Assembly: GCF_004010195.1 (NCBI RefSeq)
Contig: NW_025214918.1
Span: 1 to 50,956 of the forward strand
DNA from: Chiloscyllium plagiosum
Lineage: Eukaryota
Direction of reading: 5' to 3'
Length of the DNA: 50,956 bases
The notes beneath the pieces were generated by a model. That model searched no databases, had not been told where the DNA came from, and saw only the letters and a program-made list of their open reading frames with translations. Shown here piece by piece: positions 23,550-35,521 of this stretch. The position numbers were made by a program, and so were the translations under genes. The first letter of the stretch is position 1; every line of letters starts with the position of its first letter.

Positions 23550-24625
23550 AAAGAGAAGACAGCAGATGCTGGAGGTTAGAGACGTGAGGATAGAGCTGGA
23601 AAAGTACAGCAGCTCAGGCAGCATCCAAGGAATAGGAAAGTCAAATTTTCTGGCAGAAACCCTTCATCAGCAATAAGACAGGGAGCCATGAGGGTGGGGA
23701 GATAAATGGGAGGGGGTGGGGCTCGGTAAAGGTAACTGAGAGTGCGATAGTTGGATGGAGATGTGGGTAATGGTGAGACATCGGAGGGGATGGTGGAGTG
23801 GATAGGTGGGAAGGAAGATGAACAGGTGGGCACAGTGGCTCAGTGGTTAGCAGTACTGCCTCACAGTGCCAGGGACTAGTTTAGATTCCAGCCTCAGGTG
23901 ACTCTCCATGTGGAGTTTACACGTTCTTGCCTGGGTTTCCTCCGGGTGTTCTGGTTTTCTCTCACGTTCCAAAGATTTGCAAGCCAGGTGAATTGGCCAT
24001 GCTAAATCGCCCATAGTTAAAGGTGCATTAGTCAGAGGGAAATGGGTTACTCTTTGAAGGTTTGGTATGGACTTGTTGGGCCAAAGGGCCTGCTTCCACT
24101 CTGTAGGGAATCTAAAAGAAGTGCCCTTTCCCACTTTGAATAAAAATATGGGACAGATCGTGAGGGCAGTGCTAAGCTGGAATTTTGAACTGTGATAAAG
24201 TGGGAGGAGGGGAAATGAGGAAACTGGTGAAATCCACATTGATACCATGTGTTTGGAGGGTCCCGAGATTGAAGATGTGGTGGTAAGTGAGTGGTGATGG
24301 ATGAGGCCCTGGACCTGCATGTCCTCAGCAGAGTGGGAGGGGAGTTGAAGCGACAGGGCAGTGGAACTGGTTGATGCGGGTGTCCCTGAGATGTTCTCTG
24401 CAGTGCTCTGCGAGTTGATGTCCTATCTCACCAACATATAGAATATCACATTGGGAGCAACGGATACAGTAGTTGACATGTGTGGAACTGCAGGTGAAAC
24501 CGTAATGGATCGGGAAGGATCTTTGAGGCCTTGGCGGGGGGAGGTGTGGGTACAGGTCTTGCAATTCCTGCGGGGGCAGGGGAAGGTGCCTGGAGAGGAG
24601 GGTGAATTGTTGGGAACCTGACGAA
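23550..24625 (-). mobile_element. Penelope-like element 3' part: GIY-YIG endonuclease remnant plus terminal repeat
   Basis: GTFPCPRRNCKTC...FTCSSTHVNYCIRCSQCDILYVGEIGHQLAEHCREH; decayed hammerhead at ~23640-23672; interrupted by a SINE. Confidence 0.9.
23828..24113 (+). mobile_element. HE1/V-SINE inserted in the Penelope element
   Basis: gggcacagtggctcagtggttagc head, V-domain and gggccaaagggcctg...gaatcta tail. Confidence 0.92.
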
Positions 24626-24629
24626 CACT

Positions 24630-25790
24630 ACCTACTTTGTATCCTGTATTCTGCATTCAAAATCGATCGTCCAGAATGAATCGCTTCACACTTTTCCAGA
24701 TTGAAATCCAATTGTCACTTATCAGCCCAGTTCTTCATCATGTCAATATCCCAGTGCAAACTATAACAGCCCCCACACTATCCACAATTCCACCAACCCT
24801 TTTTTTACATCGACAAATGTAATAACCCACCCTTACACTCCCTCATCCAAATCATTTATAAAAAAAACACAAACAACAGAGTTCCCAGAACGGGACCCTA
24901 CTTTTCACCAAGCTCCAGAGTGAATAGATTAGATTACTTACAGTGAGGAAACAGGCCCTTTGGCCCAACAAGCCCACACCGACGCAGACCCATTCCCCTA
25001 CATTTACCCCTTCACCTAACACTACAGACAATTTAGCATGGCCAATTCATTTAACCTGCATATTTTTGGACTGTGGGAGGAAACCGGAGCACCTAGAGGA
25101 AACCCACTTAGACACGGGGAGAACGTGCAAACTCCATACAGTCAGTCGCCTGAGGCGGAGAATTGAACCCGTCTCTCTGGCGCTGTGAGGCAGCAGTACT
25201 AACCACCGGGCCACCATGCCGCCCACTTCCCATACTTCACATTTCCCACCGCCTTATGTCTCTCTGTGCCAGCCAATTCTATATCCAGACCGATAGGTTT
25301 ACCAGTATCCTATGACTACTTACTTTCTGAATGAACCTACCATGGGGAACGTGATCAAATGCCTTGTTAAAATCCATGCACACCGCATCCACTGCTCTAC
25401 CTTCTTCAATGTGTTGAATCCCATCCTCAAAGAATTCAATAAGGTTTCTGAGGCATGACTTGCCCCTCACAAAGCCATGCTGACTATTTCTATACAAACT
25501 ATGATTTTCCAAGTAATCATAAAGTCTGTCTCTCGGAATACTCTCCACGACTTTGCGAAATACTGATGCAAGACTGACTGGACTATAATTCCCAGGATTA
25601 TTCCTATTCCCTTTCCTGAACAAGGGAATAACATTTGCCACCCTCAATCATCTGGCACTGCTCCAATGGAGAGTGAAGACGCAAAGATCATCGCTAAAGG
25701 GACAGAAATCTCTTTCCTTTCATCCTGTAGCAATCTCAGGTGTTTCCCCTCTGGCACAGGGGATTTATTTCTCCTCATGTTTGTACTTCA
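24630..25790 (-). mobile_element. CR1 ORF2 fragment interrupted by a SINE
   Basis: PGNYSPVSL...SQHGFVRGKSCLRNLIEFFE...MDFNKAFDHVPH. Confidence 0.92.
24925..25225 (-). mobile_element. HE1/V-SINE
   Basis: (tagat)n tail, antisense V-domain and antisense tRNA head (taaccaccgggccaccatgccgccc). Confidence 0.93.
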
Positions 25791-25950
25791 ATCAGTCTGT
25801 ACTTCATCTCAAATTGTCTACGCCCTGTCCAACCAATTGATTTACTGCTTTCGTTTTCAGGGTCATATACCGTGCTGCTTCAATGAGCATGTATGTTTCG
25901 CAATATCCTGTGAACCATGGAATGAAAAATATGGGAAGGCACAAATACGC

Positions 25951-26075
25951 TCGTGATGAAGGGGTGAAGCCCAAATCTTTGATTCTCCTGCTCCTCAGAT
26001 GTTGCCTAACGGGTTGTTTGTTTTCAGTGCCACACGTTTCGACTCTGATCTCCAGCATCTGCCGTCTTCATTTTC
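25951..26075 (+). mobile_element. Penelope-type terminal repeat fragment with decayed hammerhead
   Basis: gtgatgaaggggtgaagcccaaat...gattctcctgctcctc...ctccagcatctgc; same family as 39308-39490. Confidence 0.75.
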
Positions 26076-26439
26076 CCAATTACTGACGGCTATCCCACTT
26101 GCACACTGAGCAGGGAATTAATCAGCAGAAACTCATTGTATGTGGAACAAACTGCTCATTTCTGGAAAATTGCATTTGATTAATGAATTTATTAAAAACT
26201 AAATTGCATTTCAACAAATACTAATGCAGTCCTAGAGTTACAGTTTTCTTTCATGAATTGGGCAGCTTGATACCGAACACTAATTGATTTAAGAACTCCG
26301 AGGTGCAGAGGATTCCAGGTGCTATATTCCAGGGTGGATGTGCTTTACCTTAATGCTGGAAATATTATCGGACAGACAGATGTGATCAGGGAACAAGGTG
26401 ACATGTGGAAATGTGACATTTTGCCATTACAGATATATG

Positions 26440-27110
26440 TTTGCGGGGGACAGAGCTGACAACTCAATATGCCGTGGTACACGATCTATAGGCAGGACAG
26501 GAGAGGGGTAAAAGAGGAGGTGGTGTTGCATTATTAGTTATGGGGTCAGTTACTACAGGAAGAAGGGACAATATCTTGGAATGATCTTCTAATGAGGCTT
26601 TGTGGATAGAGCTCAGGCCCAAAACTATTGCAGAGGCACTGCTGGGGATATATTATAGACCCCGAGATAAAAGAAAGTACAGGAACAGATATATAACCAA
26701 TTTAATGAGGTGTGTAAAAACAGTAATAGGATTGTTACATAAAGGCATTTAATTTGCAAACATACATTCGGGCAGTGATAACTTTTCAAGGGGCGATAGA
26801 TGCCTTGAATTTTATTCCAGAGAGCTTCTTATATCAACATGTAGCAGATACAACAATGGGCGGGTCAATGCTGGGCCTCACTGTGGGGAACAAAGCCAGT
26901 CAGGATATCGCAGGCAGGATTGGGAGGGCGTTATACGGCCAGTGACCGTGACATCATACATTTTAAGTTTGTTAAGGAAAAGATTAAAAAAAACACCATC
27001 TGGAAAATAAAAGGTGAATGGATTGGGGAGACCGAATTTATGAAAAAAATAATGACAGGATCTGGCCAAAGTGCAGTGGCTTCTGGGTGAACAGTAGCAG
27101 AACAGTGTCA
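26440..27110 (+). mobile_element. Old CR1 endonuclease fragment
   Basis: gaggaggtggtgttgcattatta, tattatagaccc (YYRP) and agtgaccgtgac (SDH-like) motifs. Confidence 0.7.
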
Positions 27111-27129
27111 AGGAGTGTGTAAGGCTCAA

Positions 27130-27438
27130 CTAGCACATTCCAAGGTCCAGGACTACGTGTTGAGGGATGCGCTGAAGCTTGGGGCAGCTGCCACCAAGGC
27201 GTGGTGGGGAAAGACCACTGTGTCACGTCTGCCTGCCTAAAGAAGGACAGGGGGCCCATGCAGTCATTTGGGCTCTGCTGACGCCTCAGCTAAAAATGCA
27301 ATCGTACCGAACTGTAAATAGGAATGATTACTCTGTTTTCGGTATGCAAACAAATGGAATGTTAACATATGTATGGCATGTCCAGTTGTATAGATCATCA
27401 AAGTATTTTATGAATAAAGTATATTTTTGAAATAAAAA
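27130..27438 (+). mobile_element. 5'-truncated L1/Tx1-like LINE 3' end with 16-bp TSD
   Basis: LAHSKVQDYVLRDALKLGAAATKAWWGKTTV C-terminus, AATAAA and A-tail; TSD agtgtgtaaggc(t/a)caa at 27114-27129 and 27439-27454. Confidence 0.88.
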
Positions 27439-27499
27439 AGTGTGTAAGGCACAAACATTACATCACTGTTGTGTCTCCTTACTTTATTGACTAAAAGTA

Positions 27500-30400
27500 A
27501 ATGTGGAGGAGTAGAGAAAATGCAGTTGATAGGAGAGTAAGTAGTCTTTCCTTGGATTGAGAGGCTTCAGATAGCAGCAGCTCAGCAAAAAGTACAGGCA
27601 AGCTCAAATAAAGTCCTTTTAATTTAGTATTACAGCAGTCGAGATGACAGTTAGTCCAGTTGCACGTTCCTTCTGTGGGATGTTGGAGCTCCGGGAGATT
27701 TCCACTGTCCCTGTGTGGAAAGTGCACCCGGATATAGCTCCTGGGAGACTATGTTTGGGAGTTGGAGCTGGATACACTCAGGATCATCGGAGATGCTATG
27801 AACTTCATAGATACGTGCTTTGTTGTGGTGGTCACGCCCAAGACCCGCCCCTAGCTATGTTTCTGTAATGACTGTAATAGCCCAATCCCACATGAAGATG
27901 CATTCCCTGAGTTCATCAGCCTTACCTGTTAGCCCTGTTGCGTTTAAATAAACACAATTTAATCCAACAGCCAGTCCTTGCTCCCTGTCGTGTTCCAGGC
28001 AGAGAGTAGGTTTGGAATGGGAAAGGGGTTATGCACAGAGTGCAACAATCATCTGTGGCCATTCCTCTCGAAAACAAGTAAACCATTTTAGATATTGTTG
28101 GGGGGAAAGACCGTTCAAGGGAATGCAGCAGTAGCCAGGTTGGAAGCAATACCACTGACTCTGGGGCACAGCGGGAAAGGGTAAATATAAACATGGTCTT
28201 AGCGATAGCAGAGTCGATTGTTGGAGGAACGGATTGGAGATTCTGGGGCCTCGAACGGGAATCCAGCAAGGTGTATTACCTCACAGGTGTCAGGGTCCAG
28301 GAAGTCTCCGAGTGGCTGCAGAACATTGTCAAGGGGGAGGGTGAGCAGCCAGAAGTCATTGTGCACATTGGTATAAATGATACAGGTAGAAATAGGGATA
28401 AGGTCTTACAGAAAGATTACATAGAGCTGGAAGAAAAGTTCAAAATCAAGACTTCGAAGTGTTAATCTCCTGATTACTCCTGTTTCATGAGCTCATGAAG
28501 GAGGATATGGCAGATACATGCATAACTAAAGAATTGGTGCAGGGGGTAGGGACTCAGATATTTAGATCACTGTAGTCTTTTCTGTGACAGAGTTGATCTT
28601 TTCAGGAGGGACAGGTGGTACATACACTGGAGGGCAGACCAATATCTTGGCGACCAGGTTTGCTGGTGTTCCAAGGGAGGGTTTAATCGAGATTGGCACG
28701 GTGTGGGATCCTCAAGAGCAGGAAAGCAAGTGTGAGGCTGGAAGGAAATACAGTAATCAGAAACAGTAAAGTGAAGATACGGGTCAAGCAGGAATACGAT
28801 CGGGAGCAAGGAATGCCTGCTGGATTTATTTCAATGCAAGAGGGCTGACAGATAAGACCAATCAACTCAGGGCATGGATAGGTACGCGGGAATGGGATAT
28901 TTTAGCCATTACAGGAACATGGCTAAGGGAAGGACAGGACTGGCAGCTTAATGTACCAGGGTTTAGCTGCATTAGGCAGGACAGCGACCGTGAAAGGAGG
29001 GGACGGGGAGTTGCATTTCCGATAAAGAGAAGTATCACAGCAGTAATGAGAGATGAAATAACTGAAGGATCAAACAGCGAGGATTTGTGGATGGAGCTAA
29101 TAAATAGGAGGGGGAATGATGATGATATAGGGGTTGTACTTTAGGCCCTCAAGTAGTCAACAGGAATTAGAGTAACAAATATACTTGCAGAGAGGTGGGG
29201 CATGCAGGAGCAAAAGGATTGTCATAATTGGGGATTTTAATTTTTAGAACATAAACTGGGACTACCAGAGCGTTAAGTGATTTGGTAGGGTCGAATCCAT
29301 TAATTGTGCCAGGAAAATTTCCTCAAGCAGTATATAGAGGGGCCTACCCTCGTGAAGGTGCAAAATTCGACCTACTCGTAGGAAATATGATAGAACAGGT
29401 GATGGAGGTGACAGTGGGGGAGCACTTTGGAACCAATGATAATAGTTCTATTCGTTTTCACGTAGTTATGGAGAGCGACAAAACTGGTCCACAGCTTCAC
29501 GTTCTAAATTGGGTAAGACGAATTTAGATGGAATTACATAGGAGTTTGTAGGGGTTTGTGGGAATAGTTTGCCAGCAAAGGGACCGCTGGCAGGCGGGAG
29601 GCCTTTGAACGTGAGATACTGGAGATCAAGATCTATTTGTTACTGTGGGAGTGAAAGGAAAGTTGGCAGGAATGGGGAATCCTGGATGGCAAGAGATATT
29701 TCGGTTTTGATCGGAAAAAAAGGCAGCTCAGTTACAGGCAGCTGGGATCAAGTGAATCCCTGAAAGTATATAAGGGATACAGATGTTTACTGAAGAAGGA
29801 AATCAGTAGGGCATAAAGGGGGCATGAAAGAGCCTTGGCTGAGAAGATTAGGATGAATCCAGACAGGTACTTTAAGTATATTATAGGAAAAACAATAGAT
29901 AGTAAGAAAATAGGCCTCCTCAAAGACCAAAGTGGACATGTATTTGCAGAATCATAAGAGATGGGCGAGGTCCTCAACGAATATTTCTCCTCTGTGTTTA
30001 ACATGGAGAAAGACATGAATACTTAGGAACTTGGCAAAGTTGGTGGTGATTTCTTCGGGACTGTCCATATCACAGTAGGAGGAGGAATTGGACGTACTAG
30101 AATACTTGAGTTTGGATAAATCTCACGTTCCTTACCAGATATATCCAAGAACACTGTCAGGGGCTAGAGAAGAAATTATGGGGGACCTGGCTGTTAAGTA
30201 TGATCATCATTAACCATAGTTGAGATCCAGGAAGACTGGAGTTTAGCAACTATTGGGCCCTTATTTAAGAAGGACTAGAAAAAAAAATGCCTTGTAGCTG
30301 TGGACCAGTCAGTTCAACATCTGTAGTAGGTACGTTACTTGAGAAAATTCTGAAGGATAACATGCACATTAATTTGGAAAGACAGGGTTTGATTAGGAAT

Positions 30401-30730
30401 ATTGAGAATTGCTTTGTGCGTGGGAGATCATGCTTGACAAATTTCTTAAAGTTATTTGATGACATGACCAAGAAGGTTGACTAAGTCGGGGCGGTAGACG
30501 TCAAAAAGTGTGGCGCTTGAAAAGCACAGCAGTTCAGGCAGGAACAGGAGAATCGATGTTTCAGGCATAAGCCCTTCAACACGAATGACCAAAACATCGA
30601 TTCTTCTGTTCCTCGGATGTTGCTTGATCTGCCATGCTTTTGCAGTGCCATACTTGTCAACTCTGATCTCCAGAATTTGTAGTGTTCACTCTTCTCGGGA
30701 GGTAGATTTAGTCTATATGGATTTCAGTTA
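27500..30730 (+). mobile_element. Long decayed CR1 LINE (5' region, ORF1 esterase, ORF2 endonuclease to start of RT)
   Basis: AESIVGGTD...VIVHIGINDTG (SGNH esterase), GDFN, VGEHFGTND, NCFVRGRSCLTNFL, VYMDFS. Confidence 0.9.
30503..30694. mobile_element. Inverted Penelope-type terminal repeat inserted in CR1
   Basis: Two arms in opposite orientation around a broken hammerhead; imperfect TSD tcggggcggtaga (30486-30498) / tcgggaggtaga (30695-30706). Confidence 0.75.
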
Positions 30731-32139
30731 CACCAGGACAAAAAAAGGCTTTTCAGCTCCAGGAGTCTGACATACAGTTACAGGAGGCCAATCAACCCCT
30801 CGAGCTTATAACACTGGACCCAGAGTAGATGATGCAGCATCAGTATTCAGTTATGCAGCAACAGGATCAGTTTATTCAGCGACTTCAGGTCAGTAACACA
30901 GGAAATGGAACAGGTCACAAACTGACTGTTCTCTGGGGTACTATTTAGCTCCTCAAGCCTGCCCTTCCCTTCAGTACGGTCAGGGACGATCTGTTGTAGG
31001 CTGAAATTTCTCTTTCATGCAAATTTGTTGTGGCCCTCAACTCTCTCTAAATCCATTGACACCTTCCTCTACCCCTCCCAAACATTTCAGTGATGCAGCT
31101 ATCTGGGATAGAGAGGCCCCAACAGTCACTATCCTCTCAGAGAAGGAAACATTCCCCACACATATACCTTGGCCTATTGACATGAACAAAAGATATGAAC
31201 ACAGCGTCAGAGTGACTGGCCCTGCCAAGATTCGCATTTAATGGGAATCAGTAGTAATCTCTCCACTGGTTGGATCATTCAGAACACAATGTGGCTGCTG
31301 GACATAAATCCTCTCAGTCCCTGGATATGGCTGATCCATAGGGATATACCTCGGCATTAACATTTTCAGCTGATTCATCAATGTCTTACCCTCCGTCATT
31401 CGATCAGAAGTGAAGATGTTCAGTGAAGATCATACGAAGCATCAAAACCTGGACAATATTTAAGCTCATGCTGTTAACGTGCAGGTGACATTCGTGTGAT
31501 AGCATTGCTAGACACTGCACATTTCCACAGAATATAAAGAGGAGCTTATTCAGCATCTCAAGCTGGTTTCACTGGAATGTGAGAAAGCCATTCAGCCCAT
31601 CGAAACTATTCGATAAGACGAGGCACAGCCCGTTCACTCTCTGTTGCGCCTTACACAAGAAGAGATTTTAAAATATTACCTGGACAATGGATCACATGAT
31701 TTAGCTCTCTGCGTCTCTTTGCAACAGAAATGAAAATTCTGTCCATTGTGCCTACAAACAGCCAGTCTCTGGAACATCCTTCATGTTCCATGAGCATTCC
31801 CACTACTATAAACCCATTAGTTTCTACAAACATTCCCATTTGTGGAAAGTTCTCCTTGTCCTATGAAGCTCTATAGTGACTCTCAGTTTTCACATAATTC
31901 CCCTCTGCTCTATTATCTCCCTCTGAACCTCCAGCATTTCTCCAGATTCCCAATCCGATTCTCAACCTGACACTGATTCTGTTGTTCTTCTCCACCATCC
32001 AGAGAGGGTTGGGTTTGTTTCTCCTGCCATTCCTATTTGAGGGACAATTCCTCAACTGGACCCAAGCAATCTCCTCTTTGAAGGGAGCCCATGGTTCAGT
32101 TTATCTTTTTCTGACCAAATTGGTGTTCCAGTCAAACAT

Positions 32140-33210
32140 AGGGATAACCCTAGTAACTATAGGCCGTTGAGTCTCACTTCTGTTGAGGGCAAAATCTTTG
32201 AGAGAATTGTAAGGGATAGGATTTATGAACATCTGGATAGGAATAATGAGATCAAAGATAGTCAGCATGGTTTTGTGAAGGGCAGGTCGTGCCTCACAAA
32301 CCTTATTGAATTCTTTGAGAAGGTGACTAAGGAGGTGGACGAGGGGAAAGCGGTAGATGTGGTGTATATGGATTTTAGTAAGGCGTTTGATAAGGTTCCC
32401 CATGGTAGACTACTGCAAAAAATACGGAGGTATGGCATTGAGGGTGAGTTGGAGGTCTGGATTAGGAGTTGGCTGGCTGGAAGAAGACAGAAGGTAGTAG
32501 TTGATGGCAAAGGTTCATCCTGGAGTGCCGTCACTAGCGGTGTTCAGCAAGGATCTGTTTTGGGACCATTGCTGTTTGTCACTTTTATAAATGACCTGGA
32601 GGAGGGGCTAGAAGGTTGGGTGAGCAAGTTTGCGGACGATACGAAAGTCGGNNNNNNNNNNNNNNNNNNNNNNNNNNNNNNNNNNNNNNNNNNNNNNNNN
32701 NNNNNNNNNNNNNNNNNNNNNNNNNNNNNNNNNNNNNNNNNNNNNNNNNNNNNNNNNNNNNNNNNNNNNNNNNNNNNNNNNNNNNNNNNNNNNNNNNNNN
32801 NNTATGAGGAAAGGTTGAGGCACTTGGGGTTGTTTTCATTGGAGAAAAGAAGGTTTAGGGGTGACTTGATAGAGGTGTACAAGATGATTAGGGGTTTAGA
32901 TAGGGTCGACAGTGAGAATCTTTTTCCACGTATGGAGTCAGCTATTACAAGGGGGCATAGCTTTAAATTAAGGGGGGTAGGTATCGGACAGATGTTAGGG
33001 GTAGGTTCTTTACTCAGCGAGTCGTGAATTCATGGAATGTCCTTTCAGTAGCAGTGGTGGACTCTCCCTCATTATGGGCATTTAAGCGGGCATTGGATAG
33101 GCATATGGAGGATAGTGGGCTAGTGTAGGTTAGGTGGGCTTGGATCGGCGCAACATCGAGGGCCGAAGGGCCTGTACTGCGCTGTATTCTTCTATGTTCT
33201 ATGTTCTATG
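32140..33210 (+). mobile_element. Young 5'-truncated CR1/HER1 LINE (RT), spanning an N gap
   Basis: Open frame NYRPLSLTS...[20 protein letters not shown]...[13 protein letters not shown]...[10 protein letters not shown]...FADDTKV; (ttctatg)n tail at 33190-33210. Confidence 0.96.
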
Positions 33211-35166
33211 TATGTCTCCAGCTTCATTCTTGCCCCATTGAAGGCTGCTCTCAGTCAACTAATGTTTCTCACTCTCAATTACTGTATATCATTCTCTTCC
33301 ATCCTCCTGAACTTTACAATAAAATGATCTCTGTGACCCAAAATCATCCCCTACTGACACTGGATCCACTTGCCCCACGTTTTGCCAAGGACCTGGTCCA
33401 ACACTACATGCTCTCTTGGGCTGGACACATACACCTGCAGTCAGCACTCCTCCATATAATCCAGGAATACTCGATCGTCGTGACGTTGCACCGCCAATAA
33501 CGCAGTCAATGTCTGGATAAATTAGGTTTCTCAATATAACTAATATAGGATTGTCATCGCTCGAAAATGCGGCTCCATATTTATTCTCTCCATAATTTAT
33601 TTGGTTGCTGGCCGACAGACTGTACCTCACAGTGTAATTGTACACTTTTTGTCTGTAGCTCCAGCCAAATTCATTCTGTCCTTGGACGGATCCTCTTTCT
33701 CTTGGTCTCCTTCACTAACGCTAATCTAAACCAATACTTCTACTTTCATCCTTTCCCTTCCCTTCTATCATTTTGGAATCCTTTATACTCAGCAATATTT
33801 AACACCCAGTTCTGCCATTCCTTGAGCCAGCTCTCGGTGATCAGTACATCAGAATTCCACACACCAATCTGCATCTGGAATTCCCCACACTCCGAGTATT
33901 CATGGCCATGCAGAGTACTTCAGATTAAGGCTTCCTTTCTTACTCCATCTTCCACTGTTAAACTTGTTGTTGTATATTAATTGCAATTGCAGCTCCCATT
34001 ATTTTGAGAATCCTGGTAGTCTCCTCTACTATTACGTTTTGTATCCTAAGCACACAGCAAGTGATTTTCAACCCCTCAAAAACACCCCGTAAGGAATTCA
34101 GTCGCAGCTCTGTCACGTTAGCCCATCCAGCTTGTACAGTTGCTGCCTTCCACAGAACCAGTCCCAATGTCCCAACAAACTGAAGTCCTTCCTGCTGCAC
34201 CATCGTGCCAGTCACATTCTCATCTACCTAAAAAACAGAGTTCTGTTCTCACTTGTACACGGTGCTAGGAGTCGTTCAGGGATTGCTACATTTGAGGTCC
34301 TGCTTGCTAACCATCCACCTAGCTCCCTAAATTCTGATTCCCAGACCACTTCACCCTTTCTACCTAGGTCATTCCTACCAACATGGACATGACCTTTTAC
34401 TGCTCACTGTCCCCCAGACAAATATCCTGCAGACACAGTGAAATTCTAAACCCCACTATCCTGGAAGTACAGAAACACTGACACCTTCTTCACTTTCCTG
34501 ACTCCCATGTGACTATTGCTCCTCCTTCCTTCTCTCTCCCCTTCTGTACAGTCAGGCTGCTGGTGGGGCCACAGACATGGCTCTGAATGCACTCCCCTGA
34601 GTAGCCAGCAGCTTCGTCAGCTTCCAAATTGGGAAACTTAGTTGAGATGGAGACATCTCGCTATTCCTGGATTCCCTGACTGTTTCTTTTCGATTGTGTA
34701 GTCCCCCATTCCCTTCCTTATTCCAGGCCGTCATTTCTGCAGGGTGATCCTCTCTCTGTATCTGCTATGCACCTACCTCTAATCATCACAGATATCCCAC
34801 AGAAACTCCAGTTGCTGTCTGAGCTCCAAGACCCAGTGTTCATCTGGAACACCAGAGGGCCTGCGAATTCTCAATGTCATATAACATATTTGCAAGTTAC
34901 CTCGTCTTACTTAATTATTTACTGAGTATAACATTAACATCAGGGAAATAATGTTAGGGAGATTACTTTATCATTTAGTCTCAGATATTCAATTATAACT
35001 CTTATTTCTGAGTTCACGCCTGCATTCAGAAGTTGAAAAAATAAACTTGCTGGCATATAGCAATTTACACACAGTCGTTAATAACAGTTTATTAACAGTT
35101 TTTCTGTGATGGATCTTGCACTTCTTTCAAACTCAGTGCAGACAGGTCCCAGCCACAGAAAGTTAT

Positions 35167-35521
35167 CTCTGTGACTCCTAGGTACGTGTAATCTTCCAGC
35201 TTCCCATTCCACTCTGCTCCCTCACAGGGTAACAGTGTGTGTGACTCTCAGGGACGTGTTATCCTCCAGCTCCCACTGCACTCTGCTCCCCCACAGGGTA
35301 ACTGTCTCTGTGACTCCCAGGGATGTGTAATCCTCCAGCTCCCACTCCACTCTGCTCCGACACATGGTCACCGTCTCCGTGACTCCCAGGAACGTGTAAT
35401 CCTCCAGCTCCCGCTCAACTCTGCTCCCTCACAGGTTCACCGTCTCTTTGACTCCCAGATACGTGTAATCATCCAGCTCCCACTCCACTCTGCTCTCTCA
35501 CATGGTCACTCCCTCTGTGAC
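35167..35521. repeat. 69-bp tandem repeat, about 5 units
   Basis: Unit ctctgtgactcccagg(g/t/a)acgtgtaatcctccagctcccactccactctgctccctcaca(g/t)ggt(a/c)accgt; it produces the 23-aa periodicity of ORF 35237..35794. Confidence 0.93.

Noticed and set aside
23470..23560. Minus-strand micro-exon with good splice sites
   Set aside because: The pyrimidine tract is supplied largely by the Penelope tail and the peptide is uninformative.
23828..23900. tRNA gene
   Set aside because: It is the tRNA-derived head of a SINE, continuing into the V-domain; no complete cloverleaf.
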